In this document: positions 35,468 through 47,425 of the stretch, piece by piece
Layout: every line of letters begins with the position of its first letter
Numbering within the stretch: the stretch's first letter is position 1
From: Macrostomum lignano
Lineage: Eukaryota
Reading direction: 5' to 3'
DNA: 51,207 nucleotides
NCBI GenBank assembly: GCA_002269645.1
Contig: NIVC01001053.1
Coordinates: forward strand, 93,409-144,615
Translations under genes and position numbers: made by a program
Notes under the pieces: model-generated
Database searches by the model: none
What the model saw: the letters and a program-made list of their open reading frames with translations, nothing else
What the model was told of the DNA's origin: nothing

Positions 35468-37420
35468 TGGATAATATTGTGGATATCTCAATGGATAATA
35501 TTGTGGATATCTTGATTGATGATATTGTGGATATCTCGGTGGATAATATTGTGGATATCTTGATGAATCATATTGTGAATATCTCAATGGGTAATATTGT
35601 GGCTATCTCAATGGATAATATTGTGGCTATCTCAATGGATAATATTGTGGATATGTTGACTGATGATATTGTGGATATCTCAATGGGTAATATTGTGGAT
35701 ATCTCAATGGATAATTTTGTGGATATCTCAATGGGTAATATTGTGGATATCTTGATGAATCATATTGTGGATATCTTGATGCAAAATATAGTGGATATCT
35801 TGATGCATAATATAGTGGATATCTCGATGGATAATATTGTGGATATCTCGATGGATAATGTTTTGGATATCTCAATGGGTAATATTGTGGATATCTCAAT
35901 GGATAATATTGTGGCTATCTCAATGGATAATATCGTGGATATGTTGATTGATGATATTGTAGATATCTGGATGGATAATATTGTGGATATGTTGATTGAT
36001 GATATTGAAGATATCTGGATGGATAATATTGTGGATATCTAAACGGGTAATATTGTGGCTATCTCAATGGATAATATTGTGGATATGTTGATTGATTATA
36101 TTGTGGATATCTTGATGGATAATTTTGTGGATATCTCAATGGGTAATATTGTGGATATCTTGATGAATCATATTGTGGATATCTTGATGCAAAATATAGT
36201 GGATATCTTGATGCATAATATAGTGGATATCTCGATGGATAATATTGTGGATATGTTGATTGATTATATTGTGGATATCTCGATGGATAATATTGTGGAT
36301 ATGTTGATTGATTATATTGTGGATATCTCAATGGATAATATTGTGGCTATCTCAATGGATAATATCGTGGCTATCTCAATGGATAATATTGTGGATATGT
36401 TGATTGATGATATTGTAGATATCTGGATGGATAATATTGTGGATATGTTGATTGATGATATTGTAGATATCTGGATGGATAATATTGAGGATATGTTGAT
36501 TGATTATATTGTGGATATCTTGATGGATAATATTGTGGATATGTTGATTGATGATATTGTAGATATCTGGATGGATAATATTGTGGATATCTAAACGGGT
36601 AATATTGTGGCTATCTCAATGGATAATATTGTGGATATGTTGATTGATTATATTGCGGATATCTTGATGGATAATTTTGTGGATATCTCAATGGGTAATA
36701 TTGTGGATATCTTGATGAATCATATTGTGGATATCTTGATGCAAAATATAGTGGATATCTTGATGCATAATATAGTGGATATCTCGATGGATAATATTGT
36801 GGATATCTCGATGGATAATATTGTGGATATGTTGATTGATTATATTGTGGATATCTCAATGGATAATATTGTGGCTATCTCAATGGATAATATCGTGGCT
36901 ATCTCAATGGATAATATTGTGGATATGTTGATTGATGATATTGTAGATATCTGGATGGATAATATTGTGGATATCTAAATGGGTAATATTGTGGCTATCT
37001 CAATGGATAATATTGTGGATATGTTGATTGATTATATTGTGGATATCTTGATGGATAATATTGTGGATATCTCAATGGGTAATATTGTGGATATATCAAT
37101 AGATAATATTGTGGTTATCTCGATGGATAATATTGTGGATATCTCAATGGGTAATATTGTGGCTATCTCAATGGATAATATTGTGGATATGTTGATTGAT
37201 TATATTGTGGATATCTTGATGGATAACATTGTGGATATCTCAATGGGTAATATTGTGGATATCTCAATAGATAATATTGTGGTTATCTCGATGGATAATA
37301 TTGTGGATATCTCAATGGGTAATATTGTGGCTATCTCAATGGATAATATTGTGGATATGTTGATTGATGATATTGTGGATATCTTGATGGATAATATAGT
37401 GAATATCTCGGTGGACATTA
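35466..37420. repeat. 24-bp satellite, main array (about 80 units) with higher-order structure
   Basis: Tandem array; variant CTAAAY units at 36039, 36591 and 36975 (spacings 552 = 23x24 and 384 = 16x24). Confidence 0.95.
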
Positions 37421-38458
37421 GGGAAAAATTAAGGCAGTAAACAGACAACAGATGACTCGTTAAGCATGCAAATAAAAGCAAACAACGCATAAAGCCAGTT
37501 GAAAATATAAAAATGAATCCAGCTCTCTGAATAAAATTCATTTAAATAAGCAGTCAATTCTGACCACCTGTCGATTAATTTTATTTATAACTTTCTCAAT
37601 CGTTGAATTACCCGGTCACACATGACTCACACAGCTACAATCGGTGTCTTATGAACAGGTTGCCAATCTAACTAATAGGGCCTAAAATAGTTTCACATAG
37701 GCGACAACGAACTACTGCAAGTAGCAATTTCTGTAGTGCGGAAAATGAGCAAAAATTGCCTGCAGTTTTGAGAAATTGATGACAAACTCATTGAAAGATC
37801 GTTAAATTATAGCCGAAAAATTGAAAAGGAAAAGCAGTTAAAAGTGTTGGTCTTTTCTCACGCTTTATCTCTGAGTAGAAGTTATGAAAGAAACAAGTTT
37901 TAATTGATATTTTAAACTGTTTCATGGTCTAATCTCTAAACTGTTTAATGAGTCATTATATAGACTGTCTAAATAGCGATGCAAAAGAAAATTTTATATT
38001 CCTTATGGCGATTTTCGATTTGTTGAAATATTTCAGAATTTCGTAACACTTTAAATCTTGTTTCATTCATTTAGAATCGGACACTAGTACGCTACTAATA
38101 GAGGTAAATGGCGCATTGTAATTAACGGAGAAGTGCTTTAACATAAGAAAGTAGGCAGCAGCTGCTAATAACCAACCAAATGATCAATAACCAGAAAAAT
38201 GATTTATGATAAATTTAACCGATTAAGCGAAGAATTGAAACCTCTTCCACCCCAAACTGCATGTCAACAATCAACATGGTAGTGATACCCGACAATGAAT
38301 CGAAAACTATATGCATAGAAACATCGCACACACAACGAGGTGAGGCAGAGTCAAAGAATTACTCCAGCCAATGTAGCACTGCATTACGGGAGACAAGATA
38401 GAGATAGTTTTAACCCCTTGCTGGGTGGTTGCATCATTTTCTCGAGTGGATTAGGACA

Positions 38459-39008
38459 ATTGTAGGGAGCGGATTAAGAGGGATTTCAGGGAGCGGATTG
38501 CGGATTAAGGGGGTTGTAGGGAGCGGATTAGGGGGATTGTGGGGAGCGGATTAGGGGGGATTGTAGGGAGCGGATTGCGGATTAAAGGGGATTTCAGGGA
38601 GCGGATTGCGGATTAAGGGGGTTGTAGGGAGCGGATTAGGGGGGGATTGTAGGGAGCGGATTTCGGATTAAGGGGGATTTTAGGGAGCGGATTGCGGATT
38701 AAGGGGGATTGTAGGGAGCGGATTGCGGATTAAGGGGGATTTTAGGGAGCGGATTGCGGATTAAGGGCGATTGTAGGGAGCGGATTGTGGAAATTGTAGA
38801 AAGCGAATTAGGGGATTGTAGGGAGCGGATTAGGGGGGATTGTAGGGAGCGGATTAGGGGGGATTGTAGGGAGCGGATTGCGGATTAAGGGCGATTGTAG
38901 GGAGCCGATTAGTGGGATTTCAGGGAGATGATTGTAGAGAGCGGATTAGGAAGGTTGTAGAGAGCGGATTAGGAGGATTCTAGAGAGCGGACTAGAGCGG
39001 ATCAAGGG
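38459..39008. repeat. G-rich minisatellite (AGGGAGCGGATT..GGGGGATTGT)n
   Basis: Variable 21-31-bp units, read directly. Confidence 0.9.
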
Positions 39009-39187
39009 AGAAAAGAACAAATAAGTATAGGCATTAGAATACCACAGTAATTTTCGATCACTAAGCCATTAAAATAGAATCAAACAGGCCGCACTCCAGA
39101 AAACTTAAGTAAAGGTTTAAAAATTGACATAAAATCATTAAGCATTTTTCAGAGAAATAGAGTCGCACCTTTGAAGATCAAAGCAGA

Positions 39188-39193
39188 TTTATT
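39188..39193 (-). promoter_or_regulatory. Putative pelota polyadenylation signal (AATAAA)
   Basis: TTTATT on + strand, 43 nt past the pelota stop. Confidence 0.55.
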
Positions 39194-39235
39194 AGTGCAG
39201 AATATATAAATAAATAAAAATGTAGTTCAGCTACA

Positions 39236-39375
39236 TTAGGAAGCCGCATTGGTGGGGTAATCAAGGCCATTACCGTCGCCATCCGTGGGCCCGTAGTCAT
39301 CGTCAATATCGCTATCGTCAGGTTCGTGCATTGGGAATCGCAGTATGGCCGCTACCCCGGTTAGTTGATTGAGCT
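39236..39375 (-). CDS. pelo: Pelota, exon 5 (to stop)
   Basis: TGCAG acceptor phase 1; QLNQLTGVAAILRFPM plus acidic tail; TAA at 39238-39236. Spliced CDS 246+520+155+145+140=1206 nt, 401 aa. Confidence 0.93.
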
Positions 39376-39480
39376 CTGCAAATTTGAGGGTAAACGGCGG
39401 GAGTAACCTAAATGCCTCGTCAACTAATTAGCACTTAGCATGTCTCATAACACGGAAACGATTTTGCAAATCAAACTCAC

Positions 39481-39625
39481 GCTCTCCGCTAGGATGCAGG
39501 CTGGAGAAAATTCGAACCTGGCCGGCATTCTCGCGAACCGAATCGACCAGTTTAACAAATCGGCGCCGTTCTTCGATTTTATTCGATCGAAATAAACTGT
39601 CGGATATAAGCAGCACTTCGATGGC
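39481..39625 (-). CDS. pelo: Pelota, exon 4
   Basis: AIEVLLISDSLFR..VRIFSSLHPSGE; CAG acceptor, C|GTGAGT donor. Confidence 0.95.
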
Positions 39626-39756
39626 CTGGCCATTCGGGGAGAAATGTGGATGAATTGACAAGTAGGCACAGAAACGCTAAGTTATGATTGATTATAACCT
39701 TTTGATTGTAACTTCATCATTATCATAAACACTAATTATGATGAAGTAAACGCTTG

Positions 39757-40160
39757 GAGTAGAATTCTGAATAGAGAGAAGTAGACTCCTGAAAAGAGAG
39801 AAGTAGTCTCCTAAATAGAGAGAAGTAGACTCCTGAAAAGAGAGAAGTAGACTCCTAAATAGAGAGAAGTAGACTCCTAAATAGAGAAGTAGACTCCTGA
39901 AAAGAGAGAAGTAGACTCCTAAATAGAGAGAAGTAGACTCCTGAATAGAGAGAAGTAGACTCCTGAATAGAGAGAAGTAGACTCCTAAATAGAGAGAAGT
40001 AGACTCCTGAATAGAGAGAAGTAGACTCCTGAATAGAGAGAAGTAGACTCCTGAATAGAGACGTAGACTTCTGAAAAAAGAGAAGTAGACACCTACAGAG
40101 AGAAGTAGACACCTGAACAGAAAGAAATAGACGCCTGAGTAGAGAGGCACAAACCCTCAA
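39757..40160. repeat. About 22-bp minisatellite (AGAGAGAAGTAGACTCCTGAAT)n filling pelota intron 3
   Basis: Tandem array, read directly. Confidence 0.92.
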
Positions 40161-40209
40161 TAATAAAGAGACGTAGACACCCGCTAAACGTATAAAAGTG
40201 AAAACTCAC

Positions 40210-40364
40210 GTGATTCTCGTTGGCCATCTCAACATGCTTGACGCCGTAGAATGCTCTTGACGGGTCGGATTTCAGCATAGAATAAAAATCCGCCAGCGCT
40301 TTCACTTCCAGCGCGGCTCGGGTGTCGGCCAGCTTGTTGGCAATGTTAGGGTCTTCCAGGACCT
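40210..40364 (-). CDS. pelo: Pelota, exon 3
   Basis: [27 protein letters not shown]; phase 1 acceptor, CAC|GTGAGT donor. Confidence 0.95.
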
Positions 40365-40454
40365 CTGCCAGTTTTGAGTGCGAGTTTTGGCAATTAACTT
40401 TTAATTTAAGCTATTGAATTAGACGAGATACAACCAAATTAACGGACATCAAAA

Positions 40455-40690
40455 GACACTACACACACATATATATGATACTAACAGACTAACAAAGATA
40501 GACATAGACAGGCAGACATAGACACAGACAGACAGAAAGACAGACACACAGATAGACACTAAGACAGCCACAGCCAGACAGACAGGCATAGACAGGCACA
40601 CAACAGACAGACAGACATTGACAGGCACACAGACAGACCGCAATAATGAGAGACAAAACAGCAGACAGGCAGACACTGACAAGCTGAATA
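40455..40690. repeat. GACA-type low-complexity repeat in pelota intron 2
   Basis: Degenerate (GACA)n tract. Confidence 0.8.
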
Positions 40691-40731
40691 ACAGGCACAA
40701 GGATATCAAAGCAATCCAAAAGCTTACTCAC

Positions 40732-41251
40732 CCTTCAAGGCCTGCCTATGCCCGCTAGAGGAGTGCACCAGCACAAATTTGGGCTTATTCTCAATCAGCA
40801 CTTTATTGTCCTCTTTAACAGCCTGGCGAAAGCAGTATTCGTAGAAATCGTCTTTAGTAAACCCGGGACTAGCCAAGATCACGCATTTAACAATACCGAA
40901 ATTGATATGCTTATTCAGGCCCTGGTAGAGCTGTTCGTAGAATCTCTGCATAGCCTTGTCTAACTGCGACGACTGAAAACCTTTGCGCTTTTTTGGCACG
41001 TTAACTTCTACGCGACAACGCACTAGGGTCATTGAGGATGTTATCAAGCAGATATGCCCGAGGCCCTCTTGCATCACAATAGCTGACAAGTCCGCGTGTC
41101 TAGCAATGTCAGTGGCTTCGTCAACTCTGTCAAGCGAGACGCTGTCCCATTCGTCTTTCACTATGGTGAATTTGCGTTGCAATTCCAAATCAATGGTGTG
41201 ATAGGCGCCCATTTTCACGTACGCATTCTCCTCTGCGTTGCGGCCTTTTAC
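40732..41251 (-). CDS. pelo: Pelota, exon 2
   Basis: VKGRNAEENAYVKMGAYHTIDL..MQEGLGHICL..ASPGF..HSSSGH; CAG acceptor, G|GTGAGT donor. Confidence 0.97.
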
Positions 41252-41267
41252 CTGCGGGCACAAGGGA

Positions 41268-41575
41268 GACGGAGAGGCTGACAGAGACGGAGAGGCTGAC
41301 AGAGACGGAGAGGCTGAAAGAGACGGAGAGACTGACAGAGACGGAGGCTGACAGAGACGGAGAGGCTGACAGAGAGGGAGAGACTGACAGAGACGGAGAG
41401 GCTGACAGAGACGGAGAGGCTGACAGAGACGGAGAGACTGACAGAGACGGAGAGACTGACAGAGACGGAGAGGCTGACAGAGACGGAGAGGCTGACAGAG
41501 ACGGAAGCTGACAGAGACGGAGAGGCTGACAGAGACGGAAGCTGACAGAGACGGAAGTTGACAGAGACCGAGGCT
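41268..41575. repeat. 18-bp minisatellite (GACAGAGACGGAGAGGCT)n filling pelota intron 1
   Basis: Tandem array, read directly. Confidence 0.93.
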
Positions 41576-41698
41576 GGGAGATACAGTAAGGAGAGAGGGT
41601 AAGTAATAGAGAAATAGAAAGGACAGAGGCGACTGAACAGTGACAGTCTAATAGATTGCATAGACGAATGGCACCATCCGATATCCAGACAGACAAAC

Positions 41699-41944
41699 CT
41701 GCAATGAGCAGCCTTGCACATCGAAGTAGACAGATTCAACTAGCACAGTGAGGGTGGTGCGCTGCTTCTGCGAACTAACGGTGCCAGCCGCATTCTCTGT
41801 GGTCACTTTGCGCAGAGTAGTACTGCGCAGGCGGTCACCAACTCGCACTAGATTGTAGGCGTGCCACATGTCCTCAGGGTTCTCGGGCAGCAGGGTCACC
41901 TGGCCCGAGCGGTCTTTGTTAATGTCTTTGTGAATTAACCGCAT
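41699..41944 (-). CDS. pelo: Pelota (Dom34; eRF1-like ribosome rescue factor), exon 1
   Basis: MRLIHKDINKDRSGQVTLLPENPEDMWHAYNL..RTTLT matches the pelota N-terminus; CAG|GTTTGT donor phase 0. Confidence 0.95.
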
Positions 41945-42144
41945 TGCGCTGTACTGTCTCACAGGAGTTAAATATAAATTCTTTGTATTGAATACTCTTT
42001 CTTAAGATTGCATTTTGAAAGTATGTTACTTAAAGAGCCAATGTCACCTGATAAAATGCATGCGAATAAATGAATATGGAAATTAGAATATTGATAAAAA
42101 ATATTTCTTCAGTGTCAGAATCTCAGCATCCTGAGGCTGGAGAA

Positions 42145-42712
42145 TAGGGTATAGGGGTATGGTATTCTATTTAAGTTTCAAGTTTATGACTGATGCCAGC
42201 TGGCATCAGGATGAGAGATGGAAGCTGACAGAGACAGAGAGGATGACAGAGATGGAAGCTGACAGAGACAGAGAGGATGACAGAGATGGAAGCTGACAGA
42301 GACAGAGAGGATGACAGAGATGGAAGCTGACAGAGACAGAGAGGATGACAGAGATGGAAGCTGACAGAGACAGAGAGGATGACAGAGATGGAAGCTGACA
42401 GAGACAGAGAGGATGACAGAGATGGAAGCTGACAGAGACAGAGAGGATGACAGAGATGGAAGCTGACAGAGACAGAGAGGATGACAGAGATGGAAGCTGA
42501 CAGAGACAGAGAGGATGACAGAGATGGAAGCTGACAGAGACAGAGAGGATGACAGAGATGGAAGCTGACAGAGACAGAGAGGATGACAGAGATGGAAGCT
42601 GACAGAGACAGAGAGGATGACAGAGATGGAAGCTGACAGAGACAGAGAGGCTGACAGAGATGGAGAGGCTGACAGAGACAAGCTGACACTAGTACCATGC
42701 CCCTATACCCTA
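42145..42712. mobile_element. MITE-like element with 20-bp inverted ends enclosing a 34-bp minisatellite
   Basis: TAGGGTATAGGGGTATGGTA (42145-42164) vs TACCATGCCCCTATACCCTA (42693-42712): 19/20 inverted; the terminal TA could be a TSD. Internal array (GAGATGGAAGCTGACAGAGACAGAGAGGATGACA)n, about 13 copies. Confidence 0.6.
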
Positions 42713-43364
42713 TACCTGTCTCTGTATAGGTATATAGGTGTATAGGTATACCCTACCCTTTATACTACTGAGCCTCTCTGGCCCATAGAATCTGCAGAAG
42801 TCTGTTGACTCCATATTTACAAATTAATCAAAATTAACAATTGATAGAAGTCTTGAAATATTAAGAATTATATCATTTTAAGAATAATGTCTTATCTTTT
42901 TTACTTTTAAATGATCACATAATATTGTTTTAATATACAAGCTTTCTAAATAAACTTTTAAACATTCCAATTTGGCATTTTATATTTTTTACATTTTAAC
43001 ATATTAATTAGAAATAGAAGGCTATATGTATGTACCCTAATGCACTTTTAAGTAACATTATTACAATTAGCAAAATGCATTATTGCCTATTCTCCCAATT
43101 CCCCTAAATAGGCCTAGGGCCAATTCTATAAAGCTAAGAGTAAAAAGTCAAATGCCATAAGCCAAGAGTCTCCTAGTTCAAGTATATAAATATTGTTAAA
43201 AGCTACAGTACTATGGGGATAAGCATTGCCTTACTAGATAGCCAAATACTTTCTAGCATATATAATGGGATTTGCAATATGGCTTATAGCCATATTCTTA
43301 AAAATGGCTATTTTGATACAGAATTTTTGATAGATTTTAGCAACTTTTTTTAGTTAAGTCAAAG

Positions 43365-43715
43365 CCATAGTCTAGATCATGCTAGGTGCATGCCTTAAAC
43401 AAAAATTGAATAGTTGCATCTACAAATGCATACCAAAAAAATTTGACTACATACTTATATTCTTAAATCTAGGAATAAATGACCTTTTTGTATTGCAATA
43501 GTAAGTACATTACCTTTTGTGTTGCATAAAGACCCTTTTGGCTAATAATTTGGTTGATTATTTATCTTTCTTGCTTATACTATTTATAGCAGAGATTGAT
43601 ATGCACAGAAATTTATTTAAATGTCTTATTACTTATTATAAGTTAAAAAACTAGAAAGTTTAAAATGTATGCTTAAAAATAAACTTTTCTATCTTCTTTT
43701 CAATTTAACACTAAC
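43365..43715 (+). repeat. Old dispersed repeat, copy 2 (see 1995-2305)
   Basis: Gapped by-eye alignment with copy 1. Confidence 0.75.
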
Positions 43716-44553
43716 TAAGACTTGTTGCTTGCTTGAATATGAGTTATTTTGGCTTTGATTTTTTCATATGTTTACAGTAGGGATTATTTAAGTTTTCAAG
43801 ACATTTTTTATCCCATGTTATTTCACTAATTATTGTTTGAGCAGTCTTTGAGTTTGTTTGTGTCCGTTTCTTAGCAGGTTTTTTTTACCCCAATTAGTAC
43901 CCCATGGGATATTAGTAAACTGATTTGGGGTAATATTTTGCCCATTAATACCCTAGAATAGGGTACTATTTTTTCAACTTCAATTCAATTCAAACAAGTT
44001 AAGCTTTTTTTCTAAAATTAGCTGTTCAATTAAAATTCTGACTGGGCTGGTATGGGTCTTTGTACTAAGGTATATCCACTCGTGTGGTGAGTCAGACTGT
44101 CAGGCTAAAAGTGAGAGAGGGTTGGAATTGGAAACTTGGAATTAGATTTTTCAGTCTTGCTCAACCCAACTCTCAGCTCCTTGGACTGGCTTGGCCTTGG
44201 GTGGGCGCATGTCCCACACGGCCCGCAGAGCAAAAGAGACAAAGAGACAGACAGACCAAGAACAAGGATTTATACTTTGTGTGTCAGTGGGCAGGGGGAT
44301 GGGTTAGTACTTAGTACGTTTTGGGTATTGTAGAGAGAATTAAATGTATGGAGGACAGATGTGAACAGTTTTTTTTTCGATCCTACTCGTATAAATGTAA
44401 CAAAGGGGAATGCTTGATAAGATTGCAATCACAGAGACAAACTTCTAAATTCAATCTTAAACTTTCAACTACAATTTTTATCGATTTACTTTTACCAAAT
44501 TACTAAGCTAGTAAGTAACTAAGTAAGTGAGTTAGTAAGTAACAGTATTACTT

Positions 44554-46924
44554 ATGGATACGTGGCTTATAAGGCCACAAAAGCGCATACACGAAGATGA
44601 GTCAGATGCGGCAGAAACTGCTGCAGCCGGAAAACTACAAGTTGCGCAGTTGACAGGAGAGCAGCGGAATGCACAATTAATGGAAGAGATGCAAGGTCAA
44701 CAGCAAACTTGACAAAAGTTTTTAACAAAGTGGCTAGCAGATTTCAAATGGGCAAGATTCGATGCAGCTAGTAACACTGTTACCTGCAAATATTGTGTTG
44801 AGCATGCATGTGGCCACTGGAAGTCAACGAATAGTGTTCTAACAGCTTGGAAAGAAGGATGGACAAGAAAGCAGCTGCAACAACACGAAGAAAGCGATAC
44901 GCATGTAAGAGCTAAAGAGGCGCAGTATCAGCAACCAAAGGAGGTGATTACTAAGAAGATTGTACAGATGACGGACCAGCAAAGCACTGCGCTTTTGTTG
45001 AAATTACATGCTGTACACTTTACAGCAAAGAACCGCATATCTCAGCATAGAACTAAACAGGTGCATCAACTGATTTCAAATGAAGTCAAATTCATTTGTG
45101 CTCGTACTGGCATAGATGTGGCATTGCCAACTGCTGATCACGCTTCGAATTGGTCGACCCGACAGTTTGCTTTTGCACTTGCAAAGACTGTGCTTCTAAA
45201 GGATCTTGAGCAGCTGCGCAGCGCGGCTTGTTTCACCATCCATATTGATGAAAGCACAGACATTACATCAACCAAGAAGTTGCTCATTTATGTGCAATAC
45301 CCGGATATTGAGCAGCGCAAGCTTCTTCATAAATTTTTCAAGCTGATCAAGCTTGGGGCAACAGACGCTGACTCAATATCAAGTGCTGTGGTAAGCGCTT
45401 TTCAGCAGGAAAACGTTGACATTTCTAAATGTGTCATGTGCGTATCGGATGGAGCCAGTGTCATGCTGGGTGCACGTAACGGCGTCGTAGCTTGGCTGAA
45501 GCGAATAGTTCCTCACATCGTTGAATTCCATTGTCTCGCACACCGCCAGGCACTATCAATCAATGATGCATTTGACAGCATAGTTAAGTTTGTCGAGTTT
45601 GAGAGCCGCATTCGTGACCTCATCCATTATCTCCATACTGCAAAGCACACGAAACAGCTGAAAAAGGTTGGAGAAGTCATCGGTGAGACTGTCACAAGTA
45701 TTTCTAGGATTTTCGAGATTTGTTGGCTATCATGAGTAAGTGTTATTTGCTTGCTGGTTCGAAATCTAAAAGCAATTCAGTTGTTCCTAAAGTATGCAGC
45801 AACCAACGAAGATTCAGCCATTGGTCTTTTTAAGCAAGTGACGTCCACTGAGTTTTTGCTCATGCTGCATCATCTGATGGATGTACTCGTGCCTCTCGAG
45901 GTTCTTTGCAAGCAGTTGCAGGTACGGAATGTTCATCCACTGGATGCATTCTCATGGATTAAGAGCTGCATAGCCACACTTACTGAGATATACCTATGCG
46001 ATGGCGTCATCGGAGGAAAAAACTATCAATAGATTGTCTCGGAGTTTGCGAAGGGAGACTTGGAGGAACAGAGATTCTCATTCAAGATGACGACGCACTA
46101 AATGCTTTTGGTGCAGTCAGCGCTGTTGTGCAGGAAGATGTTGTTCAGCTTGTCTCAAAGATCTGTCAGAGTCTACGAGACAGATCTGATGCAAATAACA
46201 ATGTTATTCGCGCTACTGGAATTTTCAAACCCGAAATCTACCGTGACATGATGCCGAAGGATCTGCCCGCATATGGTGATAAGCAGCTGAGGCTACTTCT
46301 AAGTCATTTTAGCAGCTTGCTAGATATCGATGAGAATGAGGCGGTTGACGAGTTCTTAATGGCGAAGAGGCAAATGCGAATGAAGAGTAGCTGGTCGGAC
46401 TCTTTGTACGACATCGCCACAGATCAAGAATTATTTCCCAATTTGTGCAAGCTCGCGAGGTGCTGCTCTCTTTTGACTCTTCAAATGGTGAAGTTGAGCG
46501 CGGCTTCAGTGTGCACAACAACATCAAAACCAAGCTGCATAATCGATGGACTACTTACAAGCTGGATGAGCAGATGCGCATTGTGCTCAATGATACGCCT
46601 CTTGAGAATTTCGATTACAAGAAGGCTCTCATGATCTGGTCAACGTACAAGGCACATGAGACCCGCCACCAGAAAAGTGTCGATAATTCACCACTGCTTA
46701 AGCGAGGCCGCTACGCTAAGTTTTCAGTTGCAGGGCACACGAAAACATCTGGCCATTCTTCTGCAGGCGCGGCTGCAGAAGTCACCGTCTTAACAGCAGC
46801 TGAAACTAAACAAACTTCAGGCGCCATGGATGATGAGCAACAGCTTGACAAAAGTGACATGGACTTGGATAGTTCTGATGACGAACAGTGTGGTTGGTGG
46901 ATTGGCGATGGCGGTGATGAGTGA
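44554..46924 (+). pseudogene. hAT transposase pseudogene, ZNF862-like (about 790 codons, intronless)
   Basis: MDTWLIRP start; W..FKW..CKYC..HEESDTH zinc finger; IDESTD, SDGASVM, HCLAHRQAL, (R)WLS, SNGEVERGFS dimerisation region; stops at 44710, 45733 and 46030, plus two frameshifts. Confidence 0.9.
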
Positions 46925-47259
46925 TTTTGCTGATCAAAATGACAATGCCAATGCACTACTCTATTTACTAATTTTTTAATTATTCATCTATGAAAATGCA
47001 ATGCGCTGCTTTATTATTTACTCATTAGTACATTAATACCCATGCTTTAAAGGCATGGGTATTACTATTATTGTGCCATAGACATTTGTGTCCTAATTTG
47101 CATTAAAGTAAGTTTGGCATAGACAATTGGGCGTTTAATGTCATTAACAGCCCGCTAATTTGCATTAGTAAGTTTGACTCCTGCAAGCGGGCTTAAATGT
47201 AGTCTATGGCATTAAAAGGCAAGAATAAGTGCCCAGCGGGCACAAAGGTCATGGTACAA

Positions 47260-47425
47260 TTTTCAATTACGCATCTATGAAAATGCCAATGCGCTGCTTT
47301 ATTATTTACTCATTTTTCAATTATGCATCTATGAAAATGCCAATGCGCTGCTTTATTATTTACTCATTTTTCAATTGTGCATCGATGACAATGCCAATGC
47401 GTTACTTTCTATTTATTCATTTTTC
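47260..47425. repeat. 54-bp tandem repeat, about 3 copies (partial copies near 46945-47025)
   Basis: TTTTCAATTAYGCATCTATGAAAATGCCAATGCGCTGCTTTATTATTTACTCAT repeated. Confidence 0.88.

Noticed and set aside
35467-37440. Long (MDNIVDIS)n ORFs, apparently continuing Gypsy pol
   Set aside because: Translation of a 24-bp satellite that is also present upstream of the element; interrupted by TAA variants; no protein family recognised.
38459-39008. Interstitial telomeric repeat
   Set aside because: Only scattered TTAGGG-like words inside a longer unit; no (TTAGGG)n run.
41945-41962. Upstream extension MRQYSA of pelota from the ORF track
   Set aside because: Uses a GTG start; homology begins at the ATG at 41944.
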